A stretch of 64,000 nucleotides of DNA, taken from contig NW_027361819.1 in NCBI RefSeq assembly GCF_039654945.1, positions 4,588,001 through 4,652,000 on the forward strand, in the 5' to 3' direction. The DNA is from Dendrobates tinctorius. Its lineage: Eukaryota. Below the pieces are notes generated by a model that did not search any database, was not told the origin of the DNA, and saw only the letters and a program-made list of their open reading frames with translations. Position numbers and translations under genes: made by a program. Shown piece by piece: positions 33,772-47,100 of the stretch (the first letter of the stretch is position 1; each line of letters starts with the position of its first letter).

Positions 33772-34071
33772 CTGTAAAAGGAAACCCACCGGTCAGACAG
33801 TGTGTCCTACTACCAACATCCCAAACAGCCTCCAGTGCGCAGGCATCACAACACTCGCCCTCTTACATACATGCAACATCCTGCACCAGTCCCCGACACT
33901 TCCTCCAATGGCCTCCTCCTCCACCAATTTCCAATGCTTTCTCCGATGGCGACAACCTTCACCAATCCTCAACGCTTCTTCTAGCGTCCGCATGTCCCTC
34001 ATCCTCCACCAATCCCCAACGCTCACTCCTGCAGCCTCAATCACCACCAAAGCTCCCTCATCCTCCATCAA

Positions 34072-34860
34072 ACCCCGACGCTGCCTCCCGCATACTTCGC
34101 AAATCCCCGACGCTGCCTCCCGCATACTTCGCAAGTCCCCGACGCTGCCTCCCGCATACTTCGCAAGTCCCCGACGCTGCCTCCCGCATACTTCGCAAGT
34201 CCCCGACGCTGCCTCCCGCATACTTCGCAAGTCCCCGACGCTGCCTCCCGCATACTTCGCAAGTCCCCGACGCTGCCTCCCGCATACTTCGCAAGTCCCC
34301 GACGCTGCCTCCCGCATACTTCGCAAGTCCCCGACGCTGCCTCCCGCATACTTCGCAAGTCCCCGACGCTGCCTCCCGCATACTTCGCAAGTCCCCGACG
34401 TTGCCTCCCGCATACTTCGCCAGTCCCCGACGCTGCCTCCCGCATACTTCGCAAATCCCCGACGCTGCCTCCCGCATACTTCGCAAGTCCCCGACGCTGC
34501 CTCCCGCATACTTCGCAAGTCCCCGACGCTGCCTCCCGCATACTTCGCAAGTCCCCGACGCTGCCTCCCGCATACTTCGCAAGTCCCCGACGCTGCCTCC
34601 CGCATACTTCGCAAGTCCCCGACGCTGCCTCCCGCATACTTCGCAAGTCCCCGACGCTGCCTCCCGCATACTTCGCAAGTCCCCGACGCTGCCTCCCGCA
34701 TACTTCGCAAGTCCCCGACGCTGCCTCCCGCATACTTCGCAAGTCCCCGACGCTGCCTCCCGCATACTTCGCCAATCCCCGACGCTGCCTCCCGCATACT
34801 TCGCAAGTCCCCGACGCTGCCTCCCGCATACTTCGCCAATCCCCGACGCTGCCTCCCGCG
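34072..34860. repeat. 32-bp highly homogeneous minisatellite, ~24 copies, STX4 intron 7
   Basis: Unit ccccgacgctgcctcccgcatacttcgcaagt. Confidence 0.95.
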
Positions 34861-35108
34861 TCCGTATCCTCCACCAATCCTCAAAGCTCTCTCCAGCAAG
34901 AGCATCCTCAACCAACCCCCAACGCTCCCTCATCCTCCACCAACCTTAACACTCACTCCAAACACTTCCCCCATTACTCACCAACACCCCCTTCAGCTCC
35001 CAAATCCTTCATCAATCACTATCACTCTGTGAAAGACTGACACCAACCACAGCCTCTCCCACCATCCTCGCAGTTCTGATGATTGCTCACACTCGCACCA
35101 CCTCTTAC

Positions 35109-35182
35109 ATTGCAGGTGAACACGTCCGTCTGTCCAGTCTCCAGCATCTCCTCAAACTGCTCGTCAGTGACACTGTGGCCGG
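35109..35182 (-). CDS. STX4: Syntaxin-4 coding exon 7 (GHSVTDEQFEEMLETGQTDVFTCN)
   Basis: Acceptor tttcacag|, donor AAT|GTAAGA, 74 nt, syntaxin linker. Confidence 0.92.
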
Positions 35183-35296
35183 CTGTGAAAGAACGGGAAA
35201 GTTAATGGCGTCTTCCACCCGTCACACTATAGGCCCATGGCATGAATGTTCAGTCACGACCACTACCCCCACCGCACAGCAGGTGTGGGAACATAC

Positions 35297-35405
35297 TGAT
35301 CTGGAGCTGCCGCTTGATCCTGTTCACGTTGTTGTCTCTGTACTGCGTCTGCACCATGTTACACTGGTTTAGGATTTCGAAGAATTGCTGAGAGAGGATG
35401 GAGTG
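35297..35405 (-). CDS. STX4: Syntaxin-4 coding exon 6 (HSILSQQF...RIKRQLQI)
   Basis: Acceptor cttgcag|, donor A|GTATGT, 109 nt, Hc helix. Confidence 0.93.
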
Positions 35406-35493
35406 CTGCAAGATGAGAGAGGATAAAAGAACCTGAGCCCAGGGATGAAGCCCCCACAAGCCTCCGCTCCATGAAGGGTCAATAGGACTATAC

Positions 35494-35561
35494 CTGAGTC
35501 TTTTTCATCCGCAGGTGCACAGACTGCCTCACCTCCTCCTCATCGTCCTTTATCTCAATGA
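35494..35561 (-). CDS. STX4: Syntaxin-4 coding exon 5 (IEIKDDEEEVRQSVHLRMKKTQ)
   Basis: Acceptor cattacag|, donor CAG|GTATAG, 68 nt, RMKKTQ motif. Confidence 0.92.
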
Positions 35562-35805
35562 CTGTAATGATGGAGGAACCAAGGTGAGACGGCGACAGAC
35601 ACGGGTGAAGGAATCCCACCCACCATCTTCCACAGGTACTAGGATCTAACAACCAGCCCAAATCCCCCACAAAACACCTGGACCCTCACATCCTGTCCTG
35701 ACAACAGGCACAAAGTGATCACCCCCTTACCTGGCCCCAATTACCGCCCTAACCATCTTACCACCAGGACTCATGCTGTCCAATTCTTCAGCTATAACCC
35801 TCAAG

Positions 35806-38665
35806 TGCAGCCCCAACTCCTCCACCCCAAGACCCCACCATGCACCAGCCCCAACTACTTCATCCCAGGACCCCACCATGCACCAGCCCCAACTACTTCA
35901 TCCCAGGACCCCACCATGCACCAGCCCCAACTCCTCCACCCCAGGACCCCACCATGCACCAGCCCCAACTCCTCCACCCCAGGACCCCACCATGCACCAG
36001 CCCCAACTCCTCCACCCCAGGACCCCACCATGCACCAGCCCCAACTACTTCACCCCGGGCCCCCACCATGCACCAGCCCCAACTCCTCCACCCCAGGACC
36101 CCACCATGCACCAGCCCCAACTCCTCCACCCCAGGACCTCACCATGCACCAGCCCCAACTCCTCCACCCCAGGACCCCACCATGCACCAGCCCCAACTAC
36201 TTCACCCCGGGCCCCCACCATGCACCAGCCCCAACTCCTCCACCCCGGGACCCCACCATGCACCAGCCCCAACTCCTCCACCCCGGGACCCCACCATGCA
36301 CCAGCCCCAACTACTTCACCCCAGGACCCCACCATGCACCAGCCCCAACTCCTCCACCCCAGGACCCCACCATGCACCAGCCCCAACTACTTCACCCCAG
36401 GACCCCACCATGCACCAGCCCCAACTCCTCCACTGGATAAGAATGAAGTGATTAAACAGAGTCAGCATGGGTTTCTAACTAATAAGTCATGTCAGACTAA
36501 CTTAATTTCCTTCTATGACGGTATCACTGATTGGGTGGATCAAGGAAATGCTGTAGATATAGTATATCTTGACTTCAGCAAAGCATTTGACAAAGTCTCT
36601 CATACAATCCTTATTGAAAAAATGACTAAGTATGGAATGGACAAGGCAACTGTTAGGTGGATTCATAACTGGCTTAGTGATCGGACCCAAAGAGTGGTCG
36701 TAAATGGCTGCACATCCAGTTGGAAGAATGTCTCAAGTGGGGTACCACAGGGCTCTGTCCTGGGCCCTGTATTGTTCAACATCTTTATCAACGATTTAGA
36801 TGAAGGAATTGAGGGTAAACTGATTAAATTTGCTGAAGACCCAAAGCTAGGAGGGATAGCTAATACTAGAGAAGAGAGAGAGAGGATTCAAAAAGATTTA
36901 AATAAACTGGAGAAGTGGGCAGCAACTAACAGAATGGTTTTTAACAGGGAGAAATGCAAAGTACTACATCTGGGCAAGAAAAATGAAAAAAACATATATA
37001 GAATGGGAGGAATAGGGCTAAGTGACAGCACATGTGAAAAAGACTTGGGTATACTAATAGATCACAGACTGAATATGAGTCAACAGTGTGATGCAGCAGC
37101 AAAAAAGGCAAATGCAATTCTAGGATGTATTAACAGAAGCATACAGTCTAGATCACGTGAAGTCATTATTTCCCTCTACTCCTCTTTGGTCAGACCTCAT
37201 CTGGAATATTGTGTCCAGTTTTGGGCACCACATTTTAAAAAAGACATCAACAAACTGGAGCAAGTTCAGAAAAGAGCGACCAGAATGGTGACCGGTCTGC
37301 AAACCCTGTCTTATGAGGAAAGGTTGCAGGATTTGGGAATGTTTAGTTTGCAAAAGAGAAGACTGAGAGGAGACTTAATAGCTGTCTACAAATATCTAAA
37401 GGGCTGTCACATTGTAGAAGGATCAACTTTATTCTCATTTGCACAAGGAAAGACTAGAAGCAATGGGATGAAACTGAATGGGAAGAGACACAGATTAGAT
37501 ATTAGAAAAAACTTTTTGACAGTTAGAGTGATCAATGAGTGGAACAGGCTGCCACGAGAAGTGGTGAGTTCTCCTTCAATGGAAGTCTTCAAACAGAGGC
37601 TGGACAGACATCTGACTGGGATGATTTAGCGAATCCTGCTTTGAGCAGGGGGTTGGACCAGATGGCCCAGGAGGTCCCTTCCAACTCTATGATTCTATGA
37701 TTCTACCCCAGGACCCCACCATGCACCAGCCCCAACTACTTCACCCCGGGCCCCCACCATGCACCAGCCCCAACTCCTCCACCCCGGGACCCCACCATGC
37801 ACCAGCCCCAACTCCTCCACCCCGGGACCCCACCATGCACCAGCCCCAACTCCTTCACCCCGGGACCCCACCATGCACCAGCCCCAACTCCTTCACCCCG
37901 GGACCCCACCATGCACCAGCCCCAACTCCTTCACCCCGGGACCCCACCATGCACCAGCCCCAACTCCTTCACCCCGGGACCCCACCATGCACCAGCCCCA
38001 ACTCCTTCACCCCAGGACCCCACCATGCACCAGCCCCAACTCCTTCACCCCAGGACCCCACCATGCACCAGCCCCAACTCCTTCACCCCAGGACCCCACC
38101 ATGCACCAGCCCCAACTCCTTCACCCCAGGACCCCACCATGCACCAGCCCCAACTCCTTCACCCCAGGACCCCACCATGCACCAGCCCCAACTCCTTCAC
38201 CCCAGGACCCCACCATGCACCAGCCCCAACTCCTTCACCCCAGGACCCCACCATGCACCAGCCCCAACTCCTCCACCTCAGGACCCCACCATGCACCAGC
38301 CCCAACTCCTCCACCCCAGGACCCCACCATGCACCAGCCCCAACTCCTCCACCCCAGGACCCCACCATGCACCAGCCCCAACTCCTTCACCCCAGGACCC
38401 CACCATGCACCAGCCCCAACTCCTTCACCCCAGGACCCCACCATGCACCAGCCCCAACTCCTCCACCTCAGGACCCCACCATGCACCAGCCCCAACTCCT
38501 CCACCCCAGGACCCCACCATGCACCAGCCCCAACTCCTCCACCCCAGGACCCCACCATGCACCAGCCCCAACTCCTCCACCCCAGGACCCCACCATGCAC
38601 CAGCCCCAACTCCTTCACCCCAGGACCCCACCATGCACCAGCCCCAACTCCTCCACCCCAGGACC
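35806..38665. repeat. 38-bp C-rich minisatellite in STX4 intron 4, split by a CR1 insertion
   Basis: Unit caccatgcaccagccccaactcctccaccccaggaccc on both sides of 36434-37704. Confidence 0.95.
36434..37704 (+). mobile_element. 5'-truncated CR1 LINE (3' part of ORF2 RT plus 3'UTR), antisense to STX4
   Basis: QHGF...SCQTNL, YLDFSKAFDKVSH, SGVPQGSVLGPVLFNIFIND, VRPHLEYCVQFWAP, CR1 C-terminus. Ends in the (ATTCTATG)n tail. The catalytic FADD reads FAED. Confidence 0.95.
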
Positions 38666-39155
38666 CCACACAAGCGCCAGCCCCTCCACCACAGACCCCA
38701 CACAAGCGCCAGCCCCTCCACCACAGGCCCCACACAAGCGCCAGCCCCTCCACCACAGGCCCCACACCAAGCGCCAGCCCCTCCACCACAGGCCCCACAC
38801 CAAGCGCCAGCCCCTCCACCACAGGCCCCACACCAAGCGCCAGCCCCTCCACCACAGGCCCCACACCAAGCGCCAGCCCCTCCACCACAGGCCCCACACC
38901 AAGCGCCAGCCCCTCCACCACAGGCCCCACACCAAGCACCAGCCCCTCCACCACAGGCCCCACACAAGCGCCAGCCCCTCCACCACAGGCCCCACACAAG
39001 CGCCAGCCCCTCCACCACAGGCCCCACACCAAGCGCCAGCCCCTCCACCACAGGCCCCACACAAGCGCCAGCCCCTCCACCACAGGCCCCACACAAGCGC
39101 CAGCCCCTCCACCACAGGCCCCACACAAGCGCCAGCCCCTCCACCACAGGCCCCA
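38666..39155. repeat. 32/33-bp C-rich minisatellite, ~15 copies, related to the adjacent 38-bp unit
   Basis: Unit ccacac(c)aagcgccagcccctccaccacaggcc. Confidence 0.92.
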
Positions 39156-39313
39156 AGCAATAAATTCAGGAGGGCTGTAATCCCAATCTTCCACAGGCCC
39201 ACCAAGTACCAGGCATTACCTCCCTCCCACCAAGGCACCAACACCAAGCCCTTGCCCAGTGGCCTTCCCTACCCCCATAAGCTCTGACTGACCTACTTTC
39301 CCAATGCACTTAC

Positions 39314-39388
39314 GCTGTAGTTTACTCCGGATTTCCTTTGCGATGTGTTTTATCTCTTCCCGCAGAGATTGTAAATCTTTCTTCATAT
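39314..39388 (-). CDS. STX4: Syntaxin-4 coding exon 4 (MKKDLQSLREEIKHIAKEIRSKLQ)
   Basis: Acceptor ttctggtctcag|, donor C|GTAAGT, 75 nt, phase 1/1, Hb helix. Confidence 0.92.
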
Positions 39389-39419
39389 CTGAGACCAGAA
39401 ACAAGCACTGAGATTAATG

Positions 39420-40560
39420 TCCACCCGAGCAGCTGACACCCCGACCACCCGAGCCGCTGACACCCCTAACCACCGACCACCCGAGCCGCTGACACCCCGA
39501 ACCACCGACACCCCGACCACCCGAGCCGCTGACACCCCGAACCACCGACCACCCGAGCCGCTAACACCCCGAACCACCCGAGCCGCTGACACCCCAAACC
39601 ACCGACCACCCGAGCCGCTGACACCCCGAACCACCCGAGCCGCTGACACCCCTAACCACCGACACCCCGACCACCCAAGCCGCTGACACCCCGAACCACC
39701 GACCACCCGAGCCGCTAACACCCCGAACCACCCGAGCCGCTGACACCCCAAACCACCGACCACCCGAGCCGCTGACACCCCGAACCACCCGAGCCGCTGA
39801 CACCCCGAACCACCCGAGCCGCTGACACCCCGAACCACCCGAGCCGCTGACACCCCGAACCACCCGAGCCGCTGACACCCCGAACCACCCGAGCCGCTGA
39901 CACCCCGAACCACCCGAGCCGCTGACACCCCGAACCACCGACACCCCGAACCACCCGAGCCGCTGACACCCCGAACCACCGACCACCCGAGCCGCTGACA
40001 CCCCGAACCACCGACCACCCGAGCCGCTGACACCCCGAACCACCGACCACCCGAGCCGCTGACACCCAGAACCACCCGAGCCGCTGACACCCAGAACCAC
40101 CGACCACCCGAGCCGCTGACACCCAGAACCACCGACCACCCGAGCCGCTGACACCCAGAACCACCGACCACCCGAGCCGCTGACACCCAGAACCACCGAC
40201 CACCCGAGCCGCTGACACACCGACCACCCACCACCCGAGCCGCTGACACCCCGAACCGACCACCCGAGCCGCTGACACCCCGAACCACCGACCACCTGAG
40301 CCGCTGGCACCCCGAACCACCGACCACCCGAACCACCGACCACCTGAGCCGCTGACACCCCGAACCACCGACCACCCGAACCACCGACCACCTGAGCCGC
40401 TGACACCCCGAACCGACCACCCGAGCCGCTGACACCCCGAACCACCGACCACCTGAGCCGCTGGCACCCCGAACCACCGACCACCCGAACCACCGACCAC
40501 CTGAGCCGCTGACACCCCGAACCACCCGAGCCGCTGACACCCCGAAACCACCAACCACAC
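39420..40560. repeat. 25/32-bp C-rich minisatellite, STX4 intron 3
   Basis: Unit accacccgagccgctgacaccccga with an optional accaccg. Confidence 0.93.
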
Positions 40561-40799
40561 GAGCCACTGATGGATGTAAGAACTACCAACAGTGAATACG
40601 ACCAGTACACAGAGTCACAGGTGCTGAAGGACCGCGGTGTCCGTGTAGACCGGTCATTACTGAAATATGGAGAGGGGGCAGAGAATGTGATGAGCGCCAG
40701 CTGCTGTGCAGCACTCAGGGCCACCACAGGGGGTGCAGGAGGTGGTCACCGTCGCTGATGGTCATTACATGGCGATAACATGCCGGCCGCGCCACTTAC

Positions 40800-40899
40800 T
40801 CTCATCCGGGAGCGCCTTGCTCAGGATCTTCACCTGACTGGACTCCAGCTCGGACACTTTGCTGCTCAGGACGCCCACCAAGTCCCGGATCTCACGAGT
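40800..40899 (-). CDS. STX4: Syntaxin-4 coding exon 3 (TREIRDLV...ILSKALPDE)
   Basis: Acceptor tctttccttag|, donor A|GTAAGT, 100 nt, Ha helix. Confidence 0.9.
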
Positions 40900-40992
40900 C
40901 TAAGGAAAGACACAAAGACACAATATGGGTGAGGAGAGGCGCCCCCTGCTGGTTATTATGCACATGACATCAGTCAGCAATGTCGCCGGTAC

Positions 40993-41091
40993 CATCCTGA
41001 AGAACTGGTGGTCCGTCTCGGATTCGTCTCTGCCGCCATTCGACATCGAGATGAAAACTTTCTGCTCATCGGGCTCAGAGTCGCTGTCACC
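40993..41091 (-). CDS. STX4: Syntaxin-4 coding exon 2 (GDSDSEPDEQ...HQFFRM)
   Basis: Acceptor ttgtttcag|, donor ATG|GTACCG, 99 nt, phase 0/0, acidic STX4-like segment. Confidence 0.88.
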
Positions 41092-41184
41092 CTGAAACAA
41101 AATGGTGGGTGAAGAATAAGTGACCAGAAACGGGAAAACCACCGAACACCAGGACAACGTGCAGCCCGGCAGAGGCGGGGCGCG

Positions 41185-44100
41185 CTGGGACGTGTAGTTC
41201 TGCAGAGGCGGGGCGCGCAGGGACGTGCAGTTCGTTCTGCGGGGAGCGCTGGGACGTGCAGTTCGTTCTGCGGGGAGCGCTGGGACGTGCAGTTCGTTCT
41301 GCGGGGAGCGCTGGGACGTGCAGTTCGTTCTGCGGGGAGCGCTGGGACGTGCAGTTCGTTCTGCGGGGAGCGCTGGGACGTGCAGTTCGTTCTGCTGGGA
41401 CGTGCAGTGCTGCGGGGGGCGCTGGGACGTGCAGTGCTGCGGGGGGCGCTGGGACGTGCAGTGCTGCGGGGGGCGCTGGGACGTGCAGTGCTGCGGGGGG
41501 CGCTGGGACGTGCAGTGCTGCGGGGGGCGCTGGGACGTGCAGTGCTGCGGGGGGCGCTGGGACGTGCAGTGCTGCTGGGACGTGCAGTGCTGCTGGGACG
41601 TGTAGTGCTGCGGGGGGTGCTGGGACGTGCAGTGCTGCTGGGACGTGCAGTGCTGCTGGGACGTGCGGGGGGCGCTGGGACGTGCAGTGCTGCGGGGGGC
41701 GCTGGGACGTGCAGTGCTGCGGGGGGCGCTGGGACGTGCAGTGCTGCGGGGGGCGCTGGGACGTGCAGTGCTGCGGGGGGCGCTGGGACGTGCAGTGCTG
41801 CGGGGGGCGCTGGGACGTGCAGTGCTGCGGGGGGCGCTGGGACGTGCAGTGCTGCGGGGGGCGCTGGGACGTGCAGTGCTGCGGGGGGCGCTGGGACGTG
41901 CAGTGCTGCGGGGGGCGCTGGGACGTGCAGTGCTGCGGGGGGCGCTGGGACGTGCAGTGCTGCGGGGGGCGCTGGGACGTGCAGTGCTGCGGGGGGCGCT
42001 GGGACGTGCAGTGCTGCGGGGGGCGCTGGGACGTGCAGTGCTGCGGGGGGCGCTGGGACGTGCAGTGCTGCGGGGGGCGCTGGGACGTGCAGTGCTGCTG
42101 GGACGTGTAGTGCTGCGGGGGGCGCTGGGACGTGTAGTGCTGCGGGGAGCGCTGGGACGTGTAGTGCTGCGGGGAGCGCTGGGACGTGTAGTGCTGCGGG
42201 GAGCGCTGGGACGTGTAGTGCTGCGGGGAGCGCTGGGACGTGTAGTGCTGCGGGGAGCGCTGGGACGTGCAGTGCTGCGGGGAGCGCTGGGACGTGCAGT
42301 GCTGCGGGGAGCGCTGGGACGTGTAGTGCTGCGGGGAGCGCTGGGACGTGTAGTTCCGCCGGGACGTGTAGTGCTGCGGGGGGCGCCGGGACGTGTAGTG
42401 CTGCGGGGGGCGCCGGGACGTGTAGTGCTGCGGGGGGAGCCGGGACGTGTAGTGCTGCGGGGGGCGCCGGGACGTGTAGTGCTGCTGGGACGTGTAGTGC
42501 TGCGGGGGGCGCTGGGACGTGTAGTCCTGCGGGGGGCGCTGGGACGTGTAGTCCTGCGGGGAGCGCTGGGACGTGTAGTCCTGCGGGGAGCGCTGGGACG
42601 TGTAGTCCTGCGGGGAGCGCTGGGACGTGTAGTCCTGCGGGGAGCGCTGGGACGTGTAGTGCTGCGGGGAGCGCTGGGACGTGTAGTGCTGCGGGGAGCG
42701 CTGGGACGTGTAGTGCTGCGGGGAGCGCTGGGACGTGTAGTGCTGCTGGGACGTGTAGTGCTGCGGGGAGCGCTGGGACTTGTAGTGCTGCGGGGGGCGC
42801 CGGGACGTGTAGTTCCGCTGGGACGTGTAGTGTTGCGGGGGGCGCCGGGACGTGTAGTTCCGCTGGGACGTGTAGTGCTGCGGGGGGCGCCGGGACGTGT
42901 AGTGCTGCGGGGGGCGCCGGGACGTGTAGTGCTGCGGGGGGCGCCGGGACGTGTAGTGCTGCGGGGGGCGCCGGGACGTGTAGTGCTGCGGGGGGCGCCG
43001 GGACGTGTAGTGCTGCGGGGGGCGCCGGGACGTGTAGTGCTGCGGGGGGCGCCGGGACGTGTAGTGCTGCGGGGGGCGCCGGGACGTGTAGTGCTGCTGG
43101 GACGTGTAGTGCTGCGGGGGGCGCTGGGACGTGTAGTGCTGCTGGGACGTGTAGTGCTGCGGGGGGCGCTGGGACGTGTAGTGCCGCTGGGACGTGTAGT
43201 GCTGCGGGGGGCGCCGGGACGTGTAGTGCCGCTGGGACGTGTAGTGCTGCGGGGGGCGCCGGGACGTGTAGTGCTGCGGGGGGCGCCGGGACGTGTAGTG
43301 CTGCGGGGGGCGCCGGGACGTGTAGTGCTGCGGGGGGCGCCGGGACGTGTAGTGCTGCGGGGGGCGCCGGGACGTGTAGTGCTGCGGGGGGCGCCGGGAC
43401 GTGTAGTGCTGCGGGGGGCGCCGGGACGTGTAGTGCTGCGGGGGGCGCCGGGACGTGTAGTGCTGCTGGGACGTGTAGTGCTGCGGGGGGCGCTGGGACG
43501 TGTAGTGCTGCTGGGACGTGTAGTGCTGCGGGGGGCGCTGGGACGTGTAGTGCTGCTGGGACGTGTAGTGCTGCGGGGGGCGCTGGGACGTGTAGTGCTG
43601 CTGGGACGTGTAGTGCTGCGGGGGGCGCCGGGACGTGTAGTGCTGCTGGGACGTGTAGTGCTGCGGGGGGCGCCGGGACGTGTAGTGCTGCGGGGGGCGC
43701 CGGGACGTGTAGTGCTGCGGGGGGCGCCGGGACGTGTAGTGCTGCGGGGGGCGCCGGGACGTGTAGTGCTGCGGGGGGCGCCGGGACGTGTAGTGCTGCG
43801 GGGGGCGCCGGGACGTGTAGTGCTGCGGGGGGCGCCGGGACGTGTAGTGCTGCGGGGGGCGCCGGGACGTGTAGTGCTGCGGGGGGCGCCGGGACGTGTA
43901 GTGCTGCGGGGGGCGCCGGGACGTGTAGTGCTGCGGGGGGCGCCGGGACGTGTAGTGCTGCGGGGGGCGCCGGGACGTGTAGTGCTGCGGGGGGCGCCGG
44001 GACGTGTAGTGCTGCGGGGGGCGCCGGGACGTGTAGTCCTGCGGGGGGCGCCGGGACGTGTAGTCCTGCGGGGGGCGCCGGGACGTGTAGTCCTGCGGGG

Positions 44101-47100
44101 GGCGCCGGGACGTGTAGTGCTGCGGGGGGCGCCGGGACGTGTAGTGCTGCGGGGGGCGCCGGGACGTGTAGTGCTGCGGGGGGCGCCGGGACGTGTAGTG
44201 CTGCGGGGGGCGCCGGGACGTGTAGTCCTGCGGGGGGCGCCGGGACGTGTAGTGCTGCGGGGGGCGCCGGGACGTGTAGTGCTGCGGGGGGCGCCGGGAC
44301 GTGTAGTGCTGCGGGGGGCGCCGGGACGTGTAGTGCTGCGGGGGGCGCCGGGACGTGTAGTGCTGCGGGGGGCGCCGGGACGTGTAGTGCTGCGGGGGGC
44401 GCCGGGACGTGTAGTGCTGCGGGGGGCGCCGGGACGTGTAGTGCTGCGGGGACGTGTAGTGCTGCGGGGGGCGCCGGGACGTGTAGTGCTGCTGGGACGT
44501 GTAGTGCTGCGGGGGGCGCTGGGACGTGTAGTGCTGCTGGGACGTGTAGTGCTGCGGGGGGCGCTGGGACGTGTAGTGCTGCTGGGACGTGTAGTGCTGC
44601 TGGGACGTGTAGTGCTGCGGGGGGCGCCGGGACGTGTAGTGCTGCTGGGACGTGTAGTGCTGCGGGGGGCGCCGGGACGTGTAGTGCTGCGGGGGGCGCC
44701 GGGACGTGTAGTGCTGCGGGGACGTGTAGTGCTGCGGGGGGCGCCGGGACGTGTAGTGCTGCGGGGGGCGCCGGGACGTGTAGTGCTGCGGGGGGCGCCG
44801 GGACGTGTAGTGCTGCGGGGGGCGCCGGGACGTGTAGTCCTGCGGGGGGCGCCGGGACGTGTAGTCCTGCGGGGGGCGCCGGGACGTGTAGTGCTGCGGG
44901 GGGCGCCGGGACGTGTAGTGCTGCGGGGGGCGCCGGGACGTGTAGTGCTGCGGGGGGCGCCGGGACGTGTAGTGCTGCGGGGGGCGCCGGGACGTGTAGT
45001 CCTGCGGGGGGCGCCGGGACGTGTAGTCCTGCGGGGGGCGCCGGGACGTGTAGTGCTGCGGGGGGCGCCGGGACGTGTAGTTCTGCGGGGGGCGCCGGGA
45101 CGTGTAGTGCTGCGGGGGGCGCCGGGACGTGTAGTCCTGCGGGGGGCGCCGGGACGTGTAGTCCTGCGGGGGGCGCCGGGACGTGTAGTCCTGCGGGGGG
45201 CGCCGGGACGTGTAGTGCTGCGGGGGGCGCCGGGACGTGTAGTGCTGCGGGGGGCGCCGGGACGTGTAGTGCTGCGGGGGGCGCCGGGACGTGTAGTGCT
45301 GCGGGGGGCGCCGGGACGTGTAGTGCTGCGGGGGGCGCCGGGACGTGTAGTGCTGCGGGGGGCGCCGGGACGTGTAGTGCTGCGGGGGGCGCCGGGACGT
45401 GTAGTGCTGCGGGGGGCGCCGGGACGTGTAGTCCTGCGGGGGGCGCCGGGACGTGTAGTGCTGCGGGGGGCGCCGGGACGTGTAGTGCTGCGGGGGGCGC
45501 CGGGACGTGTAGTGCTGCGGGGGGCGCCGGGACGTGTAGTGCTGCGGGGGGCGCCGGGACGTGTAGTGCTGCGGGGGGCGCCGGGACGTGTAGTGCTGCG
45601 GGGGGCGCCGGGACGTGTAGTGCTGCGGGGGGCGCCGGGACGTGTAGTCCTGCGGGGGGCGCCGGGACGTGTAGTGCTGCGGGGGGCGCCGGGACGTGTA
45701 GTGCTGCGGGGGGCGCCGGGACGTGTAGTGCTGCGGGGGGCGCCGGGACGTGTAGTCCTGCGGGGGGCGCCGGGACGTGTAGTCCTGCGGGGGGCGCCGG
45801 GACGTGTAGTCCTGCGGGGGGCGCCGGGACGTGTAGTCCTGCGGGGGGCGCCGGGACGTGCAGTGCTGCGGGGGGCGCCGGGACGTGCAGTGCTGCGGGG
45901 GGCGCCGGGACGTGCAGTGCTGCGGGGGGCGCCGGGACGTGCAGTCCTGCGGGGGGCGCCGGGACGTGCAGTGCTGCGGGGGGCGCCGGGACGTGCAGTG
46001 CTGCGGGGGGCGCCGGGACGTGCAGTGCTGCGGGGGGCGCTGGGACGTGCAGTGCTGCGGGGGGCGCTGGGACGTGCAGTGCTGCTGGGACGTGCAGTGC
46101 TGCTGGGACGTGTAGTGCTGCGGGGGGTGCTGGGACGTGCAGTGCTGCTGGGACGTGCAGTGCTGCTGGGACGTGCGGGGGGCGCTGGGACGTGCAGTGC
46201 TGCGGGGGGCGCTGGGACGTGCAGTGCTGCGGGGGGCGCTGGGACGTGCAGTGCTGCGGGGGGCGCTGGGACGTGCAGTGCTGCGGGGGGCGCTGGGACG
46301 TGCAGTGCTGCGGGGGGCGCTGGGACGTGCAGTGCTGCGGGGGGCGCTGGGACGTGCAGTGCTGCGGGGGGCGCTGGGACGTGCAGTGCTGCGGGGGGCG
46401 CTGGGACGTGCAGTGCTGCGGGGGGCGCTGGGACGTGCAGTGCTGCGGGGGGCGCTGGGACGTGCAGTGCTGCGGGGGGCGCTGGGACGTGCAGTGCTGC
46501 TGGGACGTGTAGTGCTGCGGGGGGCGCTGGGACGTGTAGTGCTGCGGGGAGCGCTGGGACGTGTAGTGCTGCGGGGAGCGCTGGGACGTGTAGTGCTGCG
46601 GGGAGCGCTGGGACGTGTAGTGCTGCGGGGAGCGCTGGGACGTGTAGTGCTGCGGGGAGCGCTGGGACGTGCAGTGCTGCGGGGAGCGCTGGGACGTGCA
46701 GTGCTGCGGGGAGCGCTGGGACGTGTAGTGCTGCGGGGAGCGCTGGGACGTGTAGTTCCGCCGGGACGTGTAGTGCTGCGGGGGGCGCCGGGACGTGTAG
46801 TGCTGCGGGGGGCGCCGGGACGTGTAGTGCTGCGGGGGGCGCCGGGACGTGTAGTGCTGCGGGGGGAGCCGGGACGTGTAGTGCTGCGGGGGGAGCCGGG
46901 ACGTGTAGTGCTGCTGGGACGTGTAGTGCTGCGGGGGGCGCTGGGACGTGTAGTCCTGCGGGGGGCGCTGGGACGTGTAGTCCTGCGGGGAGCGCTGGGA
47001 CGTGTAGTCCTGCGGGGAGCGCTGGGACGTGTAGTCCTGCGGGGAGCGCTGGGACGTGTAGTGCTGCGGGGAGCGCTGGGACGTGTAGTGCTGCGGGGAG

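Noticed and set aside
35773-37629. 618-aa Pro-rich/RT fusion ORF
   Set aside because: Chance read-through from a 38-bp repeat into a truncated CR1 with a mutated catalytic motif. Not a gene.
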